The notes beneath the pieces were generated by a model. The model worked only from the letters and a program-made list of their open reading frames with translations. It did not search any database and was not told the origin of the DNA. The position numbers and the translations under genes were made by a program. From Vicugna vicugna (Eukaryota), in NCBI GenBank assembly GCA_013265495.1, contig MU058257.1, positions 124,001-188,000 of the forward strand: a stretch of 64,000 nucleotides of DNA, read 5' to 3'. Below, piece by piece: positions 28,145 to 38,806 of the stretch (positions are counted from its first letter, which is position 1; each line of letters starts with the position of its first letter).

Positions 28145-29387
28145 TTTATGACTTTCTTCTCTTCTTTCATATTATTATTTCCTTAGGATAAATTTCTAGG
28201 AGTAACATTACCAATCCAAAGGAGTAACAGTTTGTCTCTCACTATATAGTAATCATCTGATTTCCCAAAAGGTTTTGCCAGTTTATGCCAACAGTAATAT
28301 TTGAATGTGCCAGACCCACAGTTTTATCAATATTAAGTATTAGCCTAATTGTTTTTCTAATTTAGTAGGTAGAAAGTATATTTTACAACTTGGAGGCTTA
28401 CATAGTATTTGACCATTTTTCCTAATTTTTTTTGCTAAGCATACTCTGTCCATTTATCTGTGGGGACTTGACGTTGCTTTTTTATCTGGTCGACCTCTCC
28501 CCAGAGCAGTGGATTCAGTGCAAATAGCTTTTCTCATTCAAATGAAATGTTTATTTTTTATTCAATAGACATTTTACGGTTTTAGGTAGCTGAACCTGTC
28601 ACCATGTTCCTCTGTCCTTTCTTTGTAAAAGAAACCTTTAAAATGTTGAAAATTATCAATATTTTAAATACCAGGGAGGCAGTATGACGTGACTGCACAC
28701 AGCCTTGACCTTACGGAGAGCAGGTTGAAAAGTGCTCGGGAGCGAAGCTGCAGCAGAAATGCCAGGACCAGCGCTGGGCACACAGTCGCACGCTGCGCGC
28801 CTTTAATGGGATAATTGTCTGGCCTCCCACTTGTCCTGCCGTAGGTCTCTCCACAGTTTCTTTTGTGCTTACGAGGGAGCTCTTTCCTAGGAGCTGCTGG
28901 CACAGGATGCAGGAGGCTGACTCAAAGCAGAACGGGAACTTTCTCTAAGACCCAGCTGCGCTGGATCTATTTTGAGCGCTGATCGGTTTAGCAGGCATCA
29001 CCGCGAGATCATCACCTTTGTGTGTAATTTTTCCATTCCATGTTAACGACAGAAAAGTGAAATATTTTAATACACTGGCAGAATTCTGTCATGGGGCCAG
29101 TGCGCCCTAGGAAGCATTTTCTTCTCTGCCTGTAAGACACGTCCACACGAACGTGGAGCAATTAAAAAGCGTAATTGCCATAGAACTACTTAGTATCTAT
29201 CACTGGTTCCACCTGCATGTAGGATGGGTCCCGCCAAGTTCCACCTCCACCAAAGGAATGTCACGTGGATTCTGAGAATACCCACTGTAGGACTGATACC
29301 TTTTAGAAATGCACTTTTTTTTCTTCTTCTTGGAATTATGTTCCTATTTCAGATCTGCATGATTTATTTGTTAAAATATTTAACAGT

Positions 29388-29439
29388 GGAATTTGACACA
29401 ACATTGTAAAATGATTATAAATCAATAAAAAATGTTAAA
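29388..29439 (+). mobile_element. Severely 5'-truncated L1 3' end (~52 bp)
   Basis: ggaatttgacacaacattgtaaaatgattataaatcaataaaaaatgtt aligns to the end of the L1 at 51230-51290. 15-bp TSD AAAATATTTAACAGT at 29373-29387 and 29440-29454. Confidence 0.85.
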
Positions 29440-29473
29440 AAAATATTTAACAGTATTTCACATTCTCTTTCAG

Positions 29474-29593
29474 TCTTCACAGAAAAATACTGCACTGCTA
29501 ATCACGTGGACAAACTTCCTGGCCCGAGAGACTGGGTACAGATTCTACAGGATCAAATCAAACTGGCTAGAAGAAGGTTAAAAAGAGGCTCAG
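29474..29593 (+). CDS. BEND7: BEND7 internal coding exon, C-terminal part of BEN domain (VFTEKYCTANHVDKLPGPRDWVQILQDQIKLARRRLKRGS)
   Basis: Acceptor cattctctttcag|TC and donor TCAG|gtatga. It is 120 bp, phase 1-1, and open in frame with the previous exon. It ends in the basic helix KLARRRLKR typical of BEN domains. Confidence 0.96.
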
Positions 29594-30717
29594 GTATGAA
29601 TAAGCCACAAGAAAACAACCGCAGAAGCTCTTTATTGAATTGTTAGATGACGCAAAAATATGATCCTTTGCTTAGGGTACTTCATTGTCTTTTGCCTTTT
29701 GAAGGAGAAGCTTTATGTAATGGGCTTTTGGTTTTGTATTTTAAAATCTTATTCAGATGATTCTGAAATTCACCTGAAGATTACATAGTGAAAATTATGT
29801 CAGGCTATTCACTTTTAATAGTGCCAGTGAAAAAGATGGCTGATCTCACTGGTGGTCGTATTGTATGAAACGAGCTCTCTCTTTTTGATTTGTTTCTGTT
29901 GCCTATTGATTTTTATTTGTTTGGATCTGCATGACTTTATAAAAAGTATGAGTTACTTAAGGTTAAAAAAAAGCAGTAAACATCCTACCTTTCATGAGCT
30001 AGAAAGGGGTTTTATGTCAAATATTGATTTATTTACTTAAAAAAATACGGGCTTGGCAGTTCTGGGATACTTCTTCTAGGAGAAGTGGACACCAGTTGAA
30101 TTATGACTATTTAGACTTGGTTATTTGAACTTCCAGCCTCCCCAGAGTGACAGGGAGACAATTTACCAGTGAAGAATCCCTGAGGTCAGTTTTTTGCCAA
30201 GATGTAGGAATAATCATTTCCAGGAGGCCACAAGCGTCTGGATATTATTTAAAAACAAAACAGAACAGAAAACAATTCCCAATCAAACCTCAGGACCCCT
30301 GGCCTGCTGAGAGCCTTCCGTGCTTCTGTGGCTGTGGTGTGAGAGTTTGGGAGACGGATTTCAGATGCTAGATGATCACACTTTGGGGTGCTGTGGAGGT
30401 CCGGAGGTCCGTGAGAACCGTGGCACAAACGCGTGAGACTGTCTGTAACCGCCTCTGACTTGACCTCTCACTGTCAGTAGTAGTAACCGTGACCAAGCCT
30501 GGGGAGGAGCTCAGCCACCCACCCCGGGGACGACAGCTCCCGGCTCAAGTGGGAGCTCCCTCGACTCGACTAGACACAGGGCACCGAGGGACCAAGTGGT
30601 TTCTCAGTGTGAAAACCCTTATATTTCCATAAATGCAGCTAGCAGAATCTAAACTATCCAGCTAGGTGGAGATTTTGTTTTTAATTAAAAATCATCCCTT
30701 CAACAGATTAAAAAGGA

Positions 30718-30889
30718 ATAATTTCTTTTGTATAGCACAGGGAACTACGTTCAGTATCTTGTAATAACCTTTAATGAAAAAAGTATGAAAACAAATACAT
30801 GTATGTACATGCATGACTGGGACATTGTGCCAGACACCAGAAATTGACACATTGTAACTGACTGTACTTCAGTTTAAACAAAAGATACA
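30718..30889 (+). mobile_element. 5'-truncated L1 3'UTR fragment
   Basis: tgtatagcacagggaactac...cagtatcttgtaataacc...accagaaattgacacattgtaactgactgtacttca. Flanked by TAAAAAGGA at 30709-30717 and 30890-30898. Confidence 0.8.
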
Positions 30890-31874
30890 TAAAAAGGATC
30901 TTCCCTTCTTTTTTCAGCCTTTTGACTTACTTTTCACTTAATTGAGATACTCTTTTAGTAAAGAATAATGGACTGCTAGTATTTTTAATTGGTCCAAAAA
31001 CTGGATGATTGCATTAGGTGGGAAGGCACATGGCATCAGTAGATCTGGTTTTCAGGGTTTGTGTCTGCTCTAGACCTTCGACATTTCTCTCAGTCCTTCT
31101 AATCCTCAGGTCCCTATCATGGCGTGGACATAAAAATAAAGCCTGCCTCGGAGTTGTCCTGAGGCTCCAGACGTGTGCGGTACACAGGTGTCCGCATCGG
31201 GGAAGCTAGTGTACCTCTCTGAAGATGTCTGTGTGCACACAGCCGTGCTGGCGGCGTGCAGGTCACTGAGGTGGCCTCAGTGTCCTCGGTCAGGGGACCG
31301 GCCAGCTTGCTGCACCTGGGTGTTGTGATCAGTAATGCCCCTTTTGCTGCCAGAGGCTTTCAGGTTTGGATAAGTCATTATTATCCAAGGATAATGGATA
31401 AAGCCGAGGGGAGGCTCACCCCTCCTCGGCTCCCCAGTTCTCACTGTCATCTGCTCCCGCGTCTCCAAGTCATCACCGATAAACTCCGTGTGGGACAGTG
31501 GAGAGAACAGGTCTGCCTTCCTGGCCCTGATCTATCATTTACAGTTTCTTGGGAACTTGGACAAATTCCTCACCCTCTCTGAGCCTCAGGTTCTCCCTTT
31601 ATATAACAAGGCTGATACCTATCTCATATGTGCTTTCAGAGTTAAACTTAGATAACGTAGCTATTGCCACCAATAGAGAGCTGACACGTAGTAACGCTCA
31701 AACAGCGCCCACCACCTCATCCTTCTTCCCTTTGCCAACCGAAAACAAAACACAGCAATTCCTTTTTCCTTGTAGGTCTTAAAACCACTACCGTCTCTTC
31801 CAACGTCGTTGGTCAGATTTCTTCCAAAAGGGTCTGTCTTCCCTGAGTCAGCTTCCCCATTCCAGTTCACTTTA

Positions 31875-32085
31875 TTTTTTTTATTATTCTTTTTATTTTT
31901 TAAACTACTCTTTTTTAAATGTTTAATTATTTATTATTGTATTATTTAAGTATTTTACTTTGGCAGGGGGCTGGGGTGGGGAGGTAATTAGGTTTATTTA
32001 TTTTTAGAGGAGGCACTGGGGATTGAACCTGCGACCTCGTGCACGCTAGGCACATGCTCTACCACTTGAGCTGTACCCTCCCCAC
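31875..32085 (-). mobile_element. tRNA-Ala-derived camelid SINE (Vic-1-like)
   Basis: tRNA-like head at ~32010-32084, ggaggtaattaggtttattt linker and long T-rich tail. 13-bp TSD CCAGTTCACTTTA at 31862-31874 and 32086-32098. Confidence 0.9.
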
Positions 32086-32289
32086 CCAGTTCACTTTAGA
32101 ATCCTTCGCATTTGCCCCCTGACCTCAGTCCTATCAAGGAATCTGCCACGTTCACATCTGATGATCAGATTTCACTTGTTTGTATTATCACTCTGACTCG
32201 ACCTCTATATTGATTTTTATCCAGTCAAATCTCATCTTCTTCCAGATTCTGTGATTTCATTCTCTTTCTTCTCCTGCAAATTCCCTTCA

Positions 32290-32935
32290 ATGCCTTCGGT
32301 CTCCCTCACCGCCTCTTCCTCCTCTGCCTGCTCCTAAACCCAGTGTCCTGGTTTCTATCCGTGTTGCTTTTTCTCATCTCGTTCTGAATCCTTCCTCGTG
32401 ACTTGAGCTGTCCCACCATCAGTGGCTCCTCCATGTGCGGCTCCAGGCCTGGCCACATCCTGAGACCCCAGACTTGATTCTCTGTGCCTCTGCTAATAAG
32501 ATCTGGTCACTCCCCGCCCTTGATTTCAAACTTCTAGCTTCCTGTCGTCCCCAGAATAAAATCCCCTCTGCACGTCCCCCACAACGTGGCAGGCGAGGCT
32601 CTTCATGGTCTGGAGCCATCATCCTCTCCTGCCATCAGCCTGCTGCCTCCCGCGGCCACACCAGAATCCTCCCTGATCTGAAATTGGCTGGTCCCGGCAA
32701 GCGTGCTTTCCCTCTGCCTGGGAAACTTTGCAGCATCTCGAAGGCTCCCTTCCCCTGGGGACTTCAGAGGCAACCCCAGCACTTTAATCTTCTGCCACCT
32801 GAATGGTGACATACCTGTTTCCTCCATGAGGAGCAGAGGCGGCACATTTCTGCCCTCAGTGTTTAGAACTGTGTGTGGCACATCATGGATACACAAGAAT
32901 ATTTGCTAAGTGAACCAACGAATCAATGAATGGAA
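32290..32935 (+). mobile_element. Degraded L2 LINE 3' portion
   Basis: Pyrimidine-rich body ending in an L2-type tail: gtttagaactgtgtgtggcacatc...aatatttgctaagtgaaccaacgaatcaatgaatgg. Confidence 0.6.
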
Positions 32936-35659
32936 ATGGAGGGACGGCAGTCCACAGCAAAAAGGTCTTAGCTCATCACAGTCACGTGAGGTCTTGGGGA
33001 AACAGTCCATCTGTTCCTTACGTGAGGTTCTAATGGTTCCCAGTCCCCACACCCCCACCGGAACCTGGGGGGCACCTGTGGCCCCTCGCCCCCTCGTCCC
33101 ACCCTTCCTTAGTCCTTCCTTCCTCCTCCAGTCCTTTCTCTTACTTCTCTGTCCCTGTCCCCTTAGTCCTAGAACTTCCTCCCCACTTCCTCTTGTCCCA
33201 GCCTCCCCCAGAGTTTCAGAATCCAGTGTGGCGATGCCCGGACCTCACTCTGGGCGAGTTAACTGAATGACACCTGGGAAGAATAACTTCCCACCGCAGG
33301 TCTCTTATCTCTTCTTAGGCTCAAGGTCTCCTGCTTCCGCCTTGAGACACCTCACAAAGGCTTCTTTATTACTGTCACCCCCCTGGACTTCAGGCTCCAG
33401 GGAAAGAGCTTTTTATGACTGGCTGACAGGTGTTATAAAAGACAGCACAGTGACCCTGATTAATCACTGGTGTCGTGTTGGGTGCAGGTCTCCTCGGCTT
33501 TACATCCCAAGTCAGATTTCAGGTGTGAAGCCTGAGCGGTGTCCTTGCTAGTCAGTGTTTAGTCGGTCTTATGCTGCCTAAGTTCTGTGCCAGCAATCCT
33601 GTTCTGGGTATGTAAGAACCTGTTCTGGGTATTGTTGAACCCCAAAACAAAGACATGAAATATATCAGAGAGAGCTAACATTTGTCACCATGAAGAGACT
33701 GAAATGTAATAGTCAGTCCAAAAGGAAGGCTAAGGGCCAGAGTAGCCGCGCCGCTGCCACCAGCTGCCCCGCGGCCCCCGCACACCAGTCCAGCTGTGCA
33801 CCAGCTTCCAGCCTCGGGCCGGTTACCAGATCCGCACTCAACTCCTCTACCAGGAAGCCCTCCGTGCATCCCAGAGGGTGGTGGGAGGACACAGAAAACG
33901 TGGGAAATACTTGGAGCGCCTGGGAGCTTGAGGGAAAAGGATGTGCAAGTTCAGGAGACGGAGGGGCAGCAGAGACACCTGGGAGTGGGGAGGAGGGCTC
34001 TGTGTTACAGAACTCGGGCCTCTCACTGCAGAGAATGACAGACAGTCCCTAAAGGACCTGGCAAGTTTCAGTTGAGGAGTAACCTCTGAAGGGAGAGGAC
34101 AGACAAGCCGGGGGCAGGCTGCTGAGTGTGTGCCGGGCCCGTCGGGGAGGACCCTTCTCACAGGCCCGGGAGCAGCTCTGCTGGCCGGGGCCTGGGCTAG
34201 AAGAGCAAGTTCAGCTACATTTTGTTCCCCCTCCTAGGTATGTTTTATATGTAAACGTGCCTCTTTTTTTCCTATTGTCAGATGCTGAGACCAATTCTGA
34301 TAAGTTCCGGTCTCCATTCCCTTCCCCCCAGCAAACACACGTGCACACCATGGGGACCTCTCTCCCCGTCCCTGTTTCTCTATCCCCCAAGTATACTGGC
34401 CAGGGAACCCATTTCTTCACCGTCTCAGTGTCCAGGTTAGTGTTTCTCACTCCCGCTGCTTCCTGTGGGAGCATCTCCCCTGCTCAGATGATCGTCCGCC
34501 CTGTTCCCGAGTCATCGTCACGTCTGATTCCACTTCTGATGCTGGATGCAGAGTCTCTTCCCGGGCGTGTGTGAGTGGCACGTGGGCAGCGTTCTCCTGC
34601 GGTCTGAGAAGTGGAGGTGGCCGGAGGACACGGCCGACCCTGACATAGAACCAGCGGGGCCAGGTGACAGCACTCTACAGTGACTGTCCCCCAGTTTTGT
34701 CAGATATGATCCCCCTTGACTGTGCTCAAGCAGCACGGAAGGGGGGCTCAGAAAACTGTCACTGGGCCACCTGTGTTCCTGTCATGCTGACGGGAGGGGA
34801 AGGGCCTGGGTCACTACTGCAGCTTGTTTTTCCATCTTATTTTCAGTCTAAATGACAATATGGCATCTCATAGATATTCCACAATGTCAACCTTATTTGT
34901 CATATTTGGCTCAATTCCTGGATTTAGCTACAGACTCTACCTGGGCAGGTAATGAACTCGCCGCTAAAGGCCACCTGCGCTGCCTCTGGAAAAAAGAGGC
35001 ACCCTTCAGATTTGAAAGGTTGCTATGCGAATCCAGATGGAAATTCATTTGGGTGTCTCATCACATGTAATCATTTTTTCCCCCGATAACTGGAATGATT
35101 CCTTTCCTGGGGTGGCTTCTTATCATTTTCATTAGATCATCTTCTCGGTGCTGAAATGGCCATTTTTTATTTGTATTGGCTCTAAGAGCAAAGCGGTCGC
35201 TGGTGTTACATTTTTATTGGACTGGCTCCATCTTTGCCAAATTTCACAACTTGCCCGTCGCCAGGAAAGAAGGATCGTGAGCTTGTCGTTACAGGCAGAT
35301 GTTATAATTAAGTTCAAGTTAACAGTCGTGTGCATCGCCCGCGACACTCAGCCCTGTTCGTGCAGTGGGTGTCTACTAATTCACACGTAATCACTGACAC
35401 ATTTTTTGGTTGTGTATAATCTGTTCTTACTAAAGCACATAATTGCATAGGCCTGATTTTAAAAAGAGAGGAGAGCTAAATTACAAGGGGAAGATCAGCT
35501 TATACCCAGAACTGATTTTTGTCATAACTGAATGAAAAGCAACTGTCCTTGGGAAGCAGAGAAAGTTGCTGAAGTATAAAATAAATGAAAACTGGAAGTT
35601 GTTAAAATCTAGCTTACAATGATACGAGTGATGTATGTTTGGACATTAGCACGGAGATG

Positions 35660-35900
35660 GAGAGCGCAGGCACTAGCTTGAGTCACACCCTTGACAGAGT
35701 CACTTCCTAGCTGCGTTACCATTCCCTTAGGTAAATTTCTTACCCTCTGTCTGTCTCAGTTGCCTCATTCGTAAAATGGGAGTAACAGACCTACCCTGTA
35801 GGGGTTCCTAAGGGTTTGATGGCACAGTGCGTATGTGATGAGTGCCGGCTGGGTGGTAATAAGCATTTAGTAAATGAGGCCTATCAGCATTATCATTGTT
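35660..35900 (+). mobile_element. MIR SINE
   Basis: tcacttcctagctgcgttacc...ctcagttgcctcattcgtaaaatgggagtaacagacctaccctgtagggg. Confidence 0.75.
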
Positions 35901-37330
35901 ATTCCTGAAGAATTTCTAAAGTCTCAGTGAAAGAACTACCGTAGTTCAGCTGTGTGCTCAAATTCACTCAAACCAATCGGAAGAGAATGTGTTCTAAATA
36001 TAAAAATATAACACGTTTGTTATTTTTTTACATATATAATTTTAGAAGACTCAAAGAACAAAATTTTAAATACCCATGAGCTTTTTCATCCTGAGAGAAA
36101 CATCGTTAACATTTTAGTGTGTCCTGTATTTTGTCCATCAACCCGCTTACAAGATTCTGATCTTACCACTTATCCCATCGCGTGACTGGAATGTTTTACG
36201 TTGTTAAATATTCATCTACCATGTCATTTTTAGTGATTCCTACTCTCCTCCAAACAAAACTGCTCTTGACTACCCTGTCTCGGTGTTTCCTCTTTGTGGT
36301 GGATTTAGCAGGTGAGGGGCAGTGGGCCTTCCCCTCCGGCCAGCATAGCCATCTGAGGACAAGGCGTTTGGGTGAGTGATGGGCAGGTCTCTGAACATCT
36401 CCAGCCACCTCTTAACTTTGTGCTTAAAGCAACAGCAGTTACAACCAGAACACCGCACTTGTTTGCTTCCCGTGGACTCAGCACTGCAGCGTGTTGCACA
36501 TGGCAGCCCTCGTCTGGCTGGCCTCAGGGGCGTGCGTGCAGGCAGCAGGAAGGTGGCCGAGAGCAGGAAGCTTCCTCTGGGCCCACAGCCCGGGGACAGA
36601 GGGAGCAGGGCCAGAATTACCCCAGGAGCGCGGAGGGTTCGGGCCTGCCCACAGCGTGATGGGGAAACTGACAAGCCATCAGTTACCAGGACACACATGG
36701 GCACCTTCTTTTTTGTCCTTGGTGGAAGGTTTTCTGGGACTGAAGGATCTGCCTTTAGAAAACTCTTACAGAGATTGAAATGTATCAGAGATGAGCAAAG
36801 TTTTGCATTTTAAAGCATGGAAGTGATGAATCTTTTGGAGAAACACTTATTCCTTCGGATTTTATGACTAAATTAATGCTCATTTTAGACTGAATTTTCA
36901 GTCATCACCAAAAAAAAGGTTTCATTCTCAAGAACCTAAGCCTGCCCCACTGGAAGGATTCTGGGGGTGACAAGTAAAATTCTAACCATAGGAATTCACT
37001 GACCTCCGTGCCTTCATCCCAGATTCTGGGGTGATACTTAAACCTATGCAAATCAGTGAAAATGAACTGAAATCATTAATGATTGGTAGAGTAAGTTTCA
37101 TAAGATATAAAAAATTTCAATACAGGAAAATGGATTTTATATCGTCATTTGAAAAATATTTTATTTCAATAATGGTACTAAAATCTATAACGTGAACTGG
37201 CTGAAAAGCTGCGAAGGGAAAAGGTGAAAACTATTATGTACGCTGGAGTTTTTAAATTGCATTACTGTATTCCGCAAAATGAATGTGCTTCCTGAAACTA
37301 ATGAGATTTGTGTTGTACGTTTGTAACCAG

Positions 37331-37384
37331 CAGAGGCGGCTGACGGTGATGAAAGGCTGGATGGCGTTTCTCTACCACCAACAG
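37331..37384 (+). CDS. BEND7: BEND7 internal coding exon ((A)EAADGDERLDGVSLPPT)
   Basis: Tandem acceptor ccag|cag| (start 37331 or 37334) and donor ACAG|gtaaaa. It is 54 or 51 bp, phase 1-1. The peptide resembles the post-BEN segment of BEND7 (..D.DERLDG..LPPT). Confidence 0.92.
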
Positions 37385-38765
37385 GTAAAACATATTTACA
37401 TTCTCATCACCCGCTGGAAAATGCAGCACGTGAAAATATTTGCATTAAAAATGTTTCTAACAGCAGAGATGCAGACGCTTCTGTAAGAGAACCAGCCCCG
37501 GTAATCAGAGGTGCTCGCTGTCCTGCGTGCAGAGAGATTTTTCACATTGAATATGAAAAGCTACAGTTTTCTCACATTCTGTTTCATCTTCTTGAAAACC
37601 TCAGAACAGCAGGTCTTGAGAACTTAGTGTTACAGCAGTTCACCTCCCCAAACCTTCGGACATTAAAAAAATATACTTTACCAGGAAAGGACATCTCTGT
37701 TTAGATTAGGGATCATCAGTTTTATGATGAAATTCACGTTTGTTCTGTCCTCTCCTGCCTCCCCCTAAAAGGCTTTGAGAGGCAGAGTCAGTCATAGCCT
37801 TCACACAATGGGCACCCAGTGAATACTGTTTTAGGTGAGCAAGTGACTAAGCCCACGTCTAGCGGAGGGGCACTGGGACCCGACCAGCTGTGTGCAGTGT
37901 TGCACCCCAAGCATCTGCTGCAGTGTTAAGCCACAGACTTAAATCTGATTTCTTATTATTTGACTCTCAAGTAATACTTCTGACCCTGGCCTCCTACCTC
38001 TGTGTGGGTTCACACCTGAGAGCCCTAGAGACAGGTGTCCGATCAGTGACATGTGACTAAGAGTTTATTCCCTCAGTTGGTCTCAAGACTCTCTATTGAC
38101 TGCCCTCAAAATACCCGAAGATTCTCTCACAACAAAACCCAGACCACCCCCCGCCCCCCCAAAAAACCCTGTAAATGAAAATCTCAACTCAGCGTATTCT
38201 CTGCATTTGGGGTGGTAAGTTTTGAATTAAATCCAGCAAGTATTAAGGGAGTAGCTTTCTGTGCAGGAACTCTGCCAGGTCAAGTGTTCACTGATGGCAC
38301 TGATCCTGAGTTCACAGTGTACCATGGGTGGACGTCAGTGAACTCCGGAGCCACCAGGAAACCCAGCCGTGCAAATACGGTGCTTTCTCTGCCACTGAGT
38401 AGCTCCACAGCAGATTGGACCAGTAAATGAAATGGGCCGCAGAGGGCAAAATAGCCCGCTTCTGTCAGGTTCTTACTGTATACAGTCCTTACGGAAATTA
38501 CAGGAAAGGCAGATTTCTCTTCTTGTTTGGCTATGTTTCCAAATTTATGAATTGAGAGAGTTGAAATGCATGATCTCTATTGTTCCTTCCCAACCTGCCC
38601 TCCTCTGAATATCCGGACAACTCATACTAGCCATGCTCTTATGTAGCTGCTCGAAGCCCTGCCACTGATGATGAAACGGTGCCTTCCAGGAGGCCCTCTG
38701 GGGGAGTGCAGAGCTGTCCTAGCTGGTGATAGGACCCCGTTCCTCCCCCGCCGGCCCCATTGACC

Positions 38766-38806
38766 CCAGTCCATTTGCACTGCCAGTCCATTTGCACTGC
38801 CAGTCC
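38766..38806. repeat. 17-bp tandem duplication (CCAGTCCATTTGCACTG x2.4)
   Basis: Perfect units at 38766-38782 and 38783-38799, plus a partial unit. Confidence 0.9.
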
